From a virus, in UHGV virus genome UHGV-0129770: DNA of 45,743 nucleotides; one strand, written 5' to 3'. Position numbers and translations under genes: made by a program. This document shows, one piece after another, positions 36,864 through 45,743 of the stretch. Position 1 is the stretch's first letter; the number at the start of each line of letters is the position of its first letter. Under the pieces are notes generated by a model that was not told the origin of the DNA, searched no databases, and saw only the letters and a program-made list of their open reading frames with translations.

Positions 36864-36900
36864 TTTATAACCCCCGCTAAATGATGCGGGGGAGAGAGGT

Positions 36901-37641
36901 TTGAATATGAAAAATTATACTGCTGATCCTTTTATGCGTGCGATTTTCGGTTCTGGCTGCTTTGAAAGCGGTGATAAATCCACGCAGGACAATAATGATA
37001 ACGCCATGCTGGAAAGCGCAGGACAGAAAGGAAAGGACACTCAACCAAAGCCCAAAGACGACATTGAAACCGCGATGATGGAAGCGGTTGAATCCCGTGC
37101 ACAAGGTGATATGCGCAGCCTGGCAGCTTCCATGATTGCTGGTTGGGTTGAAGATGGTGATCCGGAGGCTGACTCATTTGATGCATTAGCAATCACTATG
37201 GCTGGCCTGGCTGATATCGATGAAGACACCGATTTCACCGATGAGCAAATCGATGCTTATAACGATGCTCTCGCAGCTCTTGCTGATGCAGCTGTTGCGC
37301 TTGGCGCTGATCAGGACGATGTAACCGAAATGATCGACGATGAAGATGACTCAGCTGCCGAACGTGTTTATGACGCTCTTTCCGAAAGCGACACCGACAT
37401 GATGGAAACAGCTATTGCCATTTACACCGTTGCTGGTGGTGATAGCGCAATGCTGGAAGCGGTACGTAAAAAAGTGGTTCGTGATGGCAAGGTTACCATC
37501 ATCCGTAAACGCCCGCGTCCTCGCCGCATGACGTCATTGCAAAAACAGGCGCTGAAAAAAGCACGCCGCAAAGCACATACATCCGTAGCGAATATCAACC
37601 GCAAAAAATCAATGCGCATTCGCAAAAAACGCGGTTTGTAA
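36901..37641 (+). CDS. acidic virion-associated protein with a basic C-terminal tail
   Basis: Asp/Glu-rich body, then RKRPRPRRMTSLQKQALKKARRKAH...RKKRGL. Confidence 0.4.
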   Translation: MNMKNYTADPFMRAIFGSGCFESGDKSTQDNNDNAMLESAGQKGKDTQPKPKDDIETAMMEAVESRAQGDMRSLAASMIAGWVEDGDPEADSFDALAITMAGLADIDEDTDFTDEQIDAYNDALAALADAAVALGADQDDVTEMIDDEDDSAAERVYDALSESDTDMMETAIAIYTVAGGDSAMLEAVRKKVVRDGKVTIIRKRPRPRRMTSLQKQALKKARRKAHTSVANINRKKSMRIRKKRGL

Positions 37642-37690
37642 GTGACATAGGCCGTCTGCAAAGGTGGCCTCTACCTGGGAGAAATAGCGT

Positions 37691-38281
37691 TTGATTTGCG
37701 GCGCGATAATGCCTGACGGAATAAGTCCGTTAATGAAGGTTTATATCCTCTCTTCAGAGGATATGGTCGTCGGTTATATCGGTGAAGGATCTACCGCAGA
37801 ACTGTCATCAATGTGGCAATCACCATTTGAAAACCAGTCAGTAGGAGGTTTGCTTGGCGGTATTAGCGCTGCGGCTGGCTCTCTTGCAGATACGCTTCAG
37901 ACCGCAACCGGCGTAACAACAAAAACCCTCTTCAACTCAATGCTTGTTTGGGAAGGTCAGCAACCGCCTGAATTTAATCTGGTAATTGATTTCATGGCGA
38001 CAACGAACGCGCAACTTGAAGTGAACGCAGCCATTACAGCATTGCTGAAGATGGAATCGCCGGAACTGAACAATGTAGCGCCATTCGGTCGTCGCCCGGA
38101 GACAGTAACGTTAAACATAGGTAGGAACATAGCCCTTACCGACGTTGTTATCAAAAGCGTGAGTTACCAACTGGACGCCCCGCGCACACCGGAAGGCTAT
38201 TTCACTCATAACACGGTAACCCTGCAATGCAGCGGTAACACATCGATCAACCGTAGCAATATCTCATCTGTTTTTGTGTAG
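37691..38281 (+). CDS. hypothetical tail or baseplate-associated protein (start uncertain)
   Basis: ORF track; lies between the sheath-like and tube-like genes. Confidence 0.4.
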   Translation: MICGAIMPDGISPLMKVYILSSEDMVVGYIGEGSTAELSSMWQSPFENQSVGGLLGGISAAAGSLADTLQTATGVTTKTLFNSMLVWEGQQPPEFNLVIDFMATTNAQLEVNAAITALLKMESPELNNVAPFGRRPETVTLNIGRNIALTDVVIKSVSYQLDAPRTPEGYFTHNTVTLQCSGNTSINRSNISSVFV

Positions 38282-38289
38282 GAGTATTT

Positions 38290-38781
38290 ATGTCCGGTTT
38301 TGCAAATACAAAAGCCGATATGGCCTTTCTAAAATCCCGGTTTAATAAAAACCTGGCTGCAGGCGAAAAACTTATTGGTTCTGAATATTGGATGACCATT
38401 AAGGGTTACGAACATCTGTCTGTACTAGTTCGTACAGCTCAGTTACCAGAAATGACACGTGAAGATGTGGAGGATTACGCCCCTGGTGGCATGAAATTCA
38501 ACCAGCACGGACCATTACGCAACTCTGGTGAATTTCAGGTTACATGCGCGGAAACTATCGAAGGCGCAGTTCTCGCCGCTGTAAAACAGATGGTATACGG
38601 AAAAGAATATCTGGAAATTACCTTACAGGCGGCGGCTGAATCGAATAGCGGTAACCATAAAGGTCTGATCCGCACATATTCTCATTGCAAAGTGTATTCC
38701 GACGCCGTGGACTTCTCATCCGAAGACGTAACAGCGGTCGTTAAGCCTTCCCTGCGTATTGTTTACAACTGGGTAGAGTGA
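38290..38781 (+). CDS. tail tube-like protein
   Basis: 163 aa directly after the sheath block; C-terminus ...LRIVYNWVE resembles the T4 gp19 C-terminus (...LALDYWE) from memory. Confidence 0.45.
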   Translation: MSGFANTKADMAFLKSRFNKNLAAGEKLIGSEYWMTIKGYEHLSVLVRTAQLPEMTREDVEDYAPGGMKFNQHGPLRNSGEFQVTCAETIEGAVLAAVKQMVYGKEYLEITLQAAAESNSGNHKGLIRTYSHCKVYSDAVDFSSEDVTAVVKPSLRIVYNWVE

Positions 38782-38833
38782 TCTCTTTCCCGCCCTTGTG
38801 GCGGGAATTCCTTGTATTTGAGTTGTAGGTACG

Positions 38834-39385
38834 ATGACACCAACCGAATTATTAGAAAGCGTTAAAGCACGATTTAATCCACTGCTTGTGCGTGAAGAAG
38901 AAACGCTGAAAGCCTTCCTGATCAAAGCTCTGACCACGTATCAGGACAGGGCAGGGGTAGTGAAAACGTTAAAACTTGAAAAAGCTGGTGGTACTGCAAT
39001 CCCGTTGCCAGAAGATTATCTCTCTCTGGTTCATGTTACTGACAACAACGGCTTGTTGGTCTATTCGGATGAATTATCCGGATTTATTGAATTAGAGCTA
39101 ACAGGTTCAGAACGCTGGCCTTTTCGAATGCTGTATCTGGTTAATCTACGCGACAGAGAGCTGGATGAATGGCAAGTGCCTCCTGCAATCATTGGAATGT
39201 TGGAGGAATATCTGGAGGCACTTATCAATGTAAGAAATGTCGCCCGGCAGCGTAGAGCGTCCATCGACGGGAAATTTGACTACTCCGATCTGCCCGATGA
39301 AGCCACACTATATGCCCGCGTGCAGGAGATTGAGGAAAAAATGTCCTCAAACCGGGCCATTATTCCGGGGGCTACCATTTTTTAA
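38834..39385 (+). CDS. hypothetical phage structural/assembly protein
   Basis: ORF track; structural-operon context. Confidence 0.4.
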   Translation: MTPTELLESVKARFNPLLVREEETLKAFLIKALTTYQDRAGVVKTLKLEKAGGTAIPLPEDYLSLVHVTDNNGLLVYSDELSGFIELELTGSERWPFRMLYLVNLRDRELDEWQVPPAIIGMLEEYLEALINVRNVARQRRASIDGKFDYSDLPDEATLYARVQEIEEKMSSNRAIIPGATIF

Positions 39386-39400
39386 CGCTGGAGGCGCAGA

Positions 39401-40108
39401 GTGAGTATTTTCAGCATCGTTGGTAGAACGTTGACCACCGCATTGTCATTTAACACGAAATCATTCACCAGCAACCTCATTAGCGACATTCTTGATAAAG
39501 CCATATCAGGCGGCGGGGTAAGCGGGAATTACAGTAGCGATATTGCCTACGGGAAAAATATTGTTGCTGCCGCTATGCGTATCCGTTACGCCCAGGGGTG
39601 GCAGTGGACCGTTGAAGTGGATGGCCTGAACGGCTTCGATATGTTCGTGAAGGATATCACCTACAGCAGTGGAAACATTGAGACAGAAAGCAAGGTGATC
39701 GGCAGCGTAGAGTTCAGCAAGCCAACCTATGTTAGCGCCGGACCGGTCACTATGACCGTGAGGGATACCGAAGATGGCAAGATCATGGACTGGTTCAAAG
39801 AGCGTCGTTCTCGTGTAACAAATCCTGATGGAACAATAAACCTTCCTCCTGAATATCTGATGAAAATCCGTGTCTACCGGGTGACTCAGGACGGCGGAAA
39901 AGAACTGGAAGAAGAAATGCGCGTATTTCCTACTCAACTTGGGGAAATCACTCGCTCACGTGATCAGGTGTCAGAGTTCTTGTCATACCCAATCACTTTC
40001 CAGAAATACACATCCGCAGGCTCAGGTGTTTCTGCTTTGGTCAACGGTGCCGCTGGCATGGCTACAAGTGCGTTAAAGGGGGCTGTGAGTGGAGTGATCA
40101 AATTCTGA
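39401..40108 (+). CDS. hypothetical phage structural protein
   Basis: ORF track; GGAGG SD; last gene before the replicon module. Confidence 0.4.
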   Translation: MSIFSIVGRTLTTALSFNTKSFTSNLISDILDKAISGGGVSGNYSSDIAYGKNIVAAAMRIRYAQGWQWTVEVDGLNGFDMFVKDITYSSGNIETESKVIGSVEFSKPTYVSAGPVTMTVRDTEDGKIMDWFKERRSRVTNPDGTINLPPEYLMKIRVYRVTQDGGKELEEEMRVFPTQLGEITRSRDQVSEFLSYPITFQKYTSAGSGVSALVNGAAGMATSALKGAVSGVIKF

Positions 40109-40195
40109 ATAGCTTTAATTATGTGTGCTGGAGGGTTGCTCATTTCCCGTCAGCACCCACGCCCTCAACGATAGCGGGTAGGGAAGGTAGCGCAA

Positions 40196-40494
40196 TTTTG
40201 AGGGCATTTTTTACATCATTAATCCATCTGTAATGAAGGCATTCTTTACACATTTCAATAATATCAATCAGTTAACACAGTGAATGATAATAAAAAAGCG
40301 CAATAAGAATGCACGATACGCACGATATTGGTTGAGGGTGATTTTTACATAATCCTTACATATCAATATGTTATATAAAAACACAACTTGCCAATAACAA
40401 GATACATGCAATTAAGATGTAAAAATTGCCCTCAATTGCCGATCGTTAAGGGCAAATTCTACACCTTGAGAGGGGTGTAAAAATTGCCCTTAAG
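40196..40494. repeat. iteron-like repeats downstream of the rep gene, in both orientations
   Basis: TGAGGGCA at 40198, TGAGGGTG at 40333, inverted TTGCCCTCA at 40426, TTAAGGGCAA at 40446, inverted TTGCCCTTAA at 40484 overlapping the rep stop. Confidence 0.6.
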
Positions 40495-41245
40495 ACTGCT
40501 GATAGGTAAATTTTATCCTGGTAACTTTGCCGCCTTCCGTCACCTCTGAGAAGACTATTTTCATTTTTGTATTTTTTTCAATCTCTGCTACAGCCTTCGT
40601 TAAAAAACTTCTCTTAAATTCGGCATACCGCTGATAGCTTTTTGGTAACCCATAACGCTCCCGCATCCATTCGACGCCAAGTATGGCAAAGCCGCTTCCA
40701 TCATCCTTCCTGTACTGGCATAAGGACTCATAAAGCCGCATAGAATAAGGATTTGTAAGGCGAGATACTTCGGTAAAATTCAGCCTTGTGAATCTCTTAT
40801 CAAGCAGAGTAAAAAACGGCATGAGATATGGATTAAGATGAATAATGTAAGTCCCGCGCCGTGGTGAATAGGCATCCTTAATCATCCAAGGATAAGACTC
40901 ATAACTGTCTTCTGATTCGGTCGATTCATCAGGGTTATATATCGTAACTTTCTTCTCGCTAAGACCTGAAATGGCCTTACGAATATCCTTGCTGGCTTCA
41001 GCAGAGGGCAAATTATACATCTCTGCATATTCGTTGACCGTCAACTCACAGGCACCTGAACCAAGAACGCCATCCTTAGAAGCATAGCGAAGTCTTCCCA
41101 CCACAATAAACAACAGTCGCTTTTGGTCGCGAGTCAGGTGATAAGCAGCCTCCGTGATCTCATTGGCTTGTGCCAAACTACGACTAATAGGTGTCGCTGA
41201 CTCAATCAGGCTGACGGCTTTTGCTGTTAATTCCGCTCTGTTCAT
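40490..41245 (-). CDS. RepE/RepA-type (Rep_3 family) plasmid replication initiator
   Basis: ITEAAYHLTRDQKRLLFIVV, AEASKDIRKA, YESYPWMIKDAYSPRRGTYIIHLNPYLMPFF, NPYSMRLYESLCQYRKDDGSG are colinear with F-plasmid RepE as I recall it; start set to ATG 41245 (251 aa) rather than TTG 41278. Confidence 0.8.
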   Translation of the reverse strand: MNRAELTAKAVSLIESATPISRSLAQANEITEAAYHLTRDQKRLLFIVVGRLRYASKDGVLGSGACELTVNEYAEMYNLPSAEASKDIRKAISGLSEKKVTIYNPDESTESEDSYESYPWMIKDAYSPRRGTYIIHLNPYLMPFFTLLDKRFTRLNFTEVSRLTNPYSMRLYESLCQYRKDDGSGFAILGVEWMRERYGLPKSYQRYAEFKRSFLTKAVAEIEKNTKMKIVFSEVTEGGKVTRIKFTYQQS

Positions 41246-41268
41246 AACCCTGTGTGATCCTTCAAATG

Positions 41269-41388
41269 GTGAGGGCAATTTTTACATCACTTTGAGGGCA
41301 ATTACTACACCTTTTGAGGGCAAATCTTACACCTTCTGAGGGCAAATCTTACACCGATCGTATCTAATTGAGGGCAAATCTTACACCA
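41269..41388. repeat. array of five direct iterons upstream of rep
   Basis: TGAGGGCAA(A/T)TCTTACACC-like units at 41270, 41293, 41315, 41337 and 41369, about 22-bp period. Confidence 0.75.
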
Positions 41389-41530
41389 GACTCCTCTACA
41401 GCCCGCGCCACTACTGGCTCCAGCGACGCCTAAAAAGGATCTAAAAAGGATTAAAAATGGAAAAAGGTTTATAAAAATACTCTGTGTATATGTGAGTAGC
41501 GTCACTTAAGGTGTAAAAATCACCCTCAAT
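41389..41530. promoter_or_regulatory. putative origin region: AT-rich stretch bounded by an inverted iteron
   Basis: AT-rich run taaaaaggatctaaaaaggattaaaaatggaaaaaggtttataaaaatac at 41431..41480; inverted iteron GGTGTAAAAATCACCCTCAAT at 41510..41530. Confidence 0.45.
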
Positions 41531-41633
41531 AATCGCTTCTCGACCGGCAAAGATCTTCATTCAATCCCCATCGCAAATCACACACTCCCTATCCTCTGGA
41601 AAATGAACAGATACCTGCTTTTCGGAGGAATAA

Positions 41634-42455
41634 TTGAACATTCCAAAATTTCCATTGCCTTCCCGTCCTGAGACAGAAATTCAGTTCCACGCCCCTACCG
41701 TGAAGGATGCGCTGAAATATTCTGACCTGAACCCGGCAGAAGATGAGGCAACTACTACAGAGTACCTTAACTCTATGCAGGATGGTGAAATTAACGACAG
41801 TGCTAACTGGACAGTTCAGGATCGCAGAACTGCTCTTTGGTGGATATTTGTTAATTCGCGCCCCGATGCAGTAATGACCTACTCCTATGAGTGCAGTCAC
41901 TGCGGTAATACGCATCATGCAGATATTAACCTGAGCGACCTGGCCCAAACAGTAGAAATACTCACTGTACCTCCTTACGTGAAAACCAACGTACCAGTAA
42001 ATGGAGTACCAACTGACTGGATACTTAAACCATTAACCGGGAAAGGCGCGGAACTCCTTGAACGAATGCGAGCTTCACTTCCTGATATGAAAAGCCCCGA
42101 ATACAGTGCTGGCGTGGCACGGATGCGAATTGCTGAACTCGCTTTATGCACGGCGCTTGAAGACGATCCGGAGGACTTCACTCAGGCCGCTAACCGACGC
42201 TTTGACATCATTGAAAGCATGGCGCTTGAAACTGAATTTACTCCGCTTGTGGCTCGCATACAGCTTATGCAAAAAGACCTACGCCACGGCCTGAAAATGT
42301 CTATTGAGAGAGGCACAAGCCGACTGATCCTGCCTCCGCAACATTGCAAAAACGCTAAGGAGGGTGCAGATGTGACAACCACACTGTACGTCCCCTTTCT
42401 CAATAGAGAGTTTATCCCATCAATTAGATCTGAATGGATGGCTAACCATTATTAA
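41634..42455 (+). CDS. hypothetical protein (TTG start)
   Basis: ORF track; GGAGGA SD 4 nt before TTG; contains CSHCGNTHH. Confidence 0.45.
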   Translation: MNIPKFPLPSRPETEIQFHAPTVKDALKYSDLNPAEDEATTTEYLNSMQDGEINDSANWTVQDRRTALWWIFVNSRPDAVMTYSYECSHCGNTHHADINLSDLAQTVEILTVPPYVKTNVPVNGVPTDWILKPLTGKGAELLERMRASLPDMKSPEYSAGVARMRIAELALCTALEDDPEDFTQAANRRFDIIESMALETEFTPLVARIQLMQKDLRHGLKMSIERGTSRLILPPQHCKNAKEGADVTTTLYVPFLNREFIPSIRSEWMANHY

Positions 42456-42469
42456 CAACCTGACTCTAT

Positions 42470-45400
42470 ATGGATATCAGCCCGTTAGCGACGTTGAAAA
42501 ATTACCGCAATGGCGAGCACTCCATATGTCAAAAGCCCTGGAAGAAAAATACAAAGCTCAAGCTGGGAAACGTTGATCGCGCTGGTAAAAGAGAGGTTAT
42601 TTTGAAAGAGAATAAAGACCGTATCGCAATAATTGACGCTATTCAGGAGGCGAGCACAAACGAACTTAAAGCTCTTGCTGAGGTTAAAGACGCCATTCTT
42701 TCTGGGGCAAGCACCATAACTCAACAGGACGAAAGGCAAGGCAGAGTTAGCAACAGACTATCACGCAGGCGTAAAGACTACGAGCAAAGTACATCTGATA
42801 GCGTTAGAGATGTCCAAACTAACCCATATAAAAAACGTCTCCCTGCTAAAAAGGAAAGGGCACCGATAAACCAAACCGTGGACCGCTCTATCGTTGCAAC
42901 GAACACACCAGAAAGTGTTCGCTCCGTGCAATCACGTCAGACCATCCGAAAACCGGACGGTTTTATACCGGTAGCTGCTAATTCAGCCCCTCTTGAACCA
43001 CAATCCCCCCAAAGTCTAAAAGGCCCGCTGCGGGATAGTAGTGGACGTTTTGTATCCCAAAAAAGCAATGAGGATGTAGCCAAAAAAAAAGAATTGCAGA
43101 ACGCACGTAAAGCCGACGCAAAATTACAAGCTGGCTTTCTCAGAAAGCTAGGTTCCATTATGGGGGTAGATGGCAATCAGTCTTCCAGTGAAGAGTCTTT
43201 AACAAATGCAGCTGGTGTCGGTGCTGGTGGGCCGTTATGGATGGCGGCTCGTGGCATGTACGACATAACTAAAGAGATCACAGGTAAAGCAGAATCTCTT
43301 AAAGAATGGGTAGAAAAGGGAAAAAAAGAAACATCAACCTCGAAAGCGATATCACCAGTAATTACTTATCCGGCGGCGGTGAATTCTCAAAAAGCAACAT
43401 CTGCAAAAGCGTTCAATAACGCTGTTGAGACAAAATCCGCACAAGCAGTAGAAGAGCAAACCAAAATTCTTCAGACCAATGACAACAAAATAATTGATGG
43501 TCTGGAAAATGTCTCCGACGAAGTAGTTAAGCTACGCAAATCAGTATCTTCTGGGAATAAGTTCGGCTTAAGTGATCTCTGGAGAAATCGAGCAAGCAGA
43601 AGAAATAAAATCAATATTGGCGATCAGGCTGGTAAAAATAAACGGAACAAACCGAAAAGGAAAGGTCGCAATCTGGGGAAAAAAGCCCTTTCTGTTGGTG
43701 AAAAAGCCGCTGCCGGAACCGCTGCTGCTGGAGCTGGTGCCGGAGCTGCAAAGACTGTTAAAACAAAGGTTAGTAAAGCCAAAGACATCAGCACCACAAG
43801 CGACGCATCTAAGGGTATTGCTAAAGAAACAAAAAACACAGCAAAGGCAGTTAAGCCAGCAGGTGTTGTTGCCGAAGAGGCCACAATTAAAACAGGTGAA
43901 ACTGTTGCAAAGAAAAAAACCGAATCCGTAGCCCTCAAAAGTGCTGCAAAAATAGGTGTTAAATCAGCTGCTTCTACAGCTGCAAGAGCTATCCCGATCA
44001 TCGGATCGCTAGCTATGGCGGGATATGACGCTATAGATGGTTACACTGATACAGATGCGCAAAAGGCAGCCTTTGGATTAAGTGACGATGATGCTGTATC
44101 CGAACAGCAAAAAACGGCTTACGCAACAGCTAATGTGCTCGATATGGGGGGCTTGGTGTCGGGCGCAACGAACTTGATAGGGAAAGGAATTTCTGCGCTA
44201 GGATTTGAAAGAGCAGGTGAAAAACTTCAGAATTTTGATACCGGAGATATTGCTCGTGGTGTTAACGGCGCGGTAGATATCACCAAATCTGTTTTTGGTA
44301 GCCTTAAGGATACATTTTTATCCACTGACGAAAACACGAAACAAGTAAAAAAAGCTGTTGAAGACGGCACCAAAAAAACTGTCGATGCGATTCATTCTCT
44401 AGGTGAACAATTACAAGGTGGGCGTAATGGCGAGGATGGAGTTGGTGAGCACGGGTATACTTCTCCAACTGAATTTAGTGCACCTGCCAACAACACCATT
44501 GCAGCGGATCTGAATATTGGCGGCAGCAACGCTAAAAACCGCAATTACCGAAATAATAATCTCGGCAATCTTGTTTTTGCCAACCAGGAAGGGGCGACGC
44601 TGGAATCGCCAAATGCAAAAGGTGAACAACGTTTTGCGCGATTTAACACACCTGAAGAAGGGATCAGGGCACTGGCAAACCAGGTTTCCAGCTATTACAA
44701 CGGCACCAGTGCCGCAGCGGGATATCAGAAGTTACAGACGGTATCCAGCATCATTTCAAAATGGGCACCGCCAAATGAGAACAATACTAACCAATATATT
44801 GATAACGTCAGTAAATATCTTGGTGTATCGCCTAATGAAAAAATAGATGTCAGCAAACCAGAGGTTATGACGCAATTAGTTCGTGCAATTGCGACGAAAG
44901 AAGGCGGAAATCCGGCAGTTAATAATGAGTTCATTAAGAACGCACTTGGAGCATTTAACACAAACACTGGTCGATGGGAGGGGCAATTCTCTGATGAAAC
45001 ATTGGCGCGGATTAATAAAATTCAGAAAGAAAATGGTGGTCAGCTAATTGCCCGCGATTCGCAATATAGTGTTGGTCGCAAGGTAAAATATGCTAATGGA
45101 AAATCTCCAGCTCAACCAGTTTTGAATGCCGTTCCGACAGCAACACAACAGCCAATTGAGGTTGCACAACATGCCCAGGCAGTCAAAAAGCCACAAAAAA
45201 CAGGTAACCAACCACAACCGATTAATCCAGAGAACGCTGATGTTAATACCGGCTCTCCATCGAGTTTGCTTGAGCGGTTAATCGCAATAAATGAAAGCGG
45301 AATCAGTGGTGCAAGTAATTTATTTGGCGGCGCGGCTACCAGCCTTGCTGGAACAAGTCTGGACCTGGTAAAGGATTTTGCGTTGGCTACTTCGTTTGGT

Positions 45401-45743
45401 TCTATATCTTCGCTTTCCGAAAAAGCGAAAGGAATGGATCAGGCTCTTACTGAAAAGATATCCGGCTTAACCGGTAAATCTTTTGGATTTAAAAAAGCTT
45501 CTCAAGTGGCTGATATCGCAACAGCCATACAACAAAAACGCACTGTTAATCACGATACAGAAATCATTGATCTACTTCCGGGAGATCAAGTATCCCCTTC
45601 TACTCCGAAAACTCCACAGCAGGAGCAGGCTCTGGCAATCAGCCAGGCTATGGCGGGCTTTTCGTCTGCAGCGCCAGCACCGAAAACCCCACAGCAGGAG
45701 CAGGCTCTGGCAATCAGCCAGGCTATGGCGGGCTTTTCGTCTG
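42470..45743 (+). CDS. very large virion protein, partial (tape-measure- or injection-protein-like); continues past window end
   Basis: Own translation finds no stop in this frame from ATG 42470 to the window end (over 1090 codons); Lys/Ala-rich low-complexity stretches; tandem repeats at the 3' end; not in ORF track because it has no stop. Confidence 0.55.
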   Translation, partial: MDISPLATLKNYRNGEHSICQKPWKKNTKLKLGNVDRAGKREVILKENKDRIAIIDAIQEASTNELKALAEVKDAILSGASTITQQDERQGRVSNRLSRRRKDYEQSTSDSVRDVQTNPYKKRLPAKKERAPINQTVDRSIVATNTPESVRSVQSRQTIRKPDGFIPVAANSAPLEPQSPQSLKGPLRDSSGRFVSQKSNEDVAKKKELQNARKADAKLQAGFLRKLGSIMGVDGNQSSSEESLTNAAGVGAGGPLWMAARGMYDITKEITGKAESLKEWVEKGKKETSTSKAISPVITYPAAVNSQKATSAKAFNNAVETKSAQAVEEQTKILQTNDNKIIDGLENVSDEVVKLRKSVSSGNKFGLSDLWRNRASRRNKINIGDQAGKNKRNKPKRKGRNLGKKALSVGEKAAAGTAAAGAGAGAAKTVKTKVSKAKDISTTSDASKGIAKETKNTAKAVKPAGVVAEEATIKTGETVAKKKTESVALKSAAKIGVKSAASTAARAIPIIGSLAMAGYDAIDGYTDTDAQKAAFGLSDDDAVSEQQKTAYATANVLDMGGLVSGATNLIGKGISALGFERAGEKLQNFDTGDIARGVNGAVDITKSVFGSLKDTFLSTDENTKQVKKAVEDGTKKTVDAIHSLGEQLQGGRNGEDGVGEHGYTSPTEFSAPANNTIAADLNIGGSNAKNRNYRNNNLGNLVFANQEGATLESPNAKGEQRFARFNTPEEGIRALANQVSSYYNGTSAAAGYQKLQTVSSIISKWAPPNENNTNQYIDNVSKYLGVSPNEKIDVSKPEVMTQLVRAIATKEGGNPAVNNEFIKNALGAFNTNTGRWEGQFSDETLARINKIQKENGGQLIARDSQYSVGRKVKYANGKSPAQPVLNAVPTATQQPIEVAQHAQAVKKPQKTGNQPQPINPENADVNTGSPSSLLERLIAINESGISGASNLFGGAATSLAGTSLDLVKDFALATSFGSISSLSEKAKGMDQALTEKISGLTGKSFGFKKASQVADIATAIQQKRTVNHDTEIIDLLPGDQVSPSTPKTPQQEQALAISQAMAGFSSAAPAPKTPQQEQALAISQAMAGFSS
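45606..45743 (+). repeat. in-frame 75-bp tandem repeat inside the large virion gene
   Basis: Unit 45606..45680 repeats from 45681 with one mismatch (t45613 vs c45688); encodes PKTPQQEQALAISQAMAGFSSAAPA. Confidence 0.8.

Noticed and set aside
40190-41530. Short direct repeats that could be mistaken for a CRISPR array
   Set aside because: Repeats are about 19-22 bp iterons with irregular spacing and mixed orientation, flank a Rep initiator gene, and lack uniform spacers or any cas genes.
1-45743. Integrase/attachment site or IS/transposon boundaries
   Set aside because: No tyrosine or serine recombinase, transposase or terminal inverted repeats were recognisable; with Rep, iterons and two par systems present the element looks episomal, though an integrase could lie outside the window.

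Overview
This 45.7-kb window reads as a segment of a mosaic temperate phage-plasmid from an enterobacterial host, not ordinary chromosome. Plasmid-type maintenance functions (a RepE/Rep_3-like initiator flanked by iteron arrays, a ParM/ParR actin-type partition operon with upstream repeats, and a small ParA/ParG-like partition pair) are interleaved with phage genes: virion proteins including a sheath-like and tube-like protein, a PAAR protein, an Rz/Rz1 spanin pair, a Ref-like HNH protein, a Rha-type antirepressor, a lambda-type protein phosphatase and an array of Ea22-like paralogs. The gene content recalls P1-type phage-plasmids, but I cannot confirm the family without alignments. The left 10 kb is a densely packed minus-strand early/accessory operon. 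The most notable observations are: (1) a host-type glutaminyl-tRNA synthetase gene (glnS) sitting between a bifunctional DNA methyltransferase and the partition genes; (2) a strongly AT-rich membrane/coiled-coil gene inserted beside an intact HigB/HigA module and a truncated second antitoxin, a candidate defence or exclusion locus; (3) a recurring inverted repeat GTTAGA-N16-TCTAAC in front of several operons, a candidate repressor operator set; (4) a candidate c4-like antisense RNA upstream of translationally coupled icd-like and antirepressor genes; (5) a canonical A_AAA_AAG slippery heptamer at the stop codon of a large structural gene next to Ig-like domain fragments. All functional calls rest on motif and architecture recognition by eye; no database search was possible.
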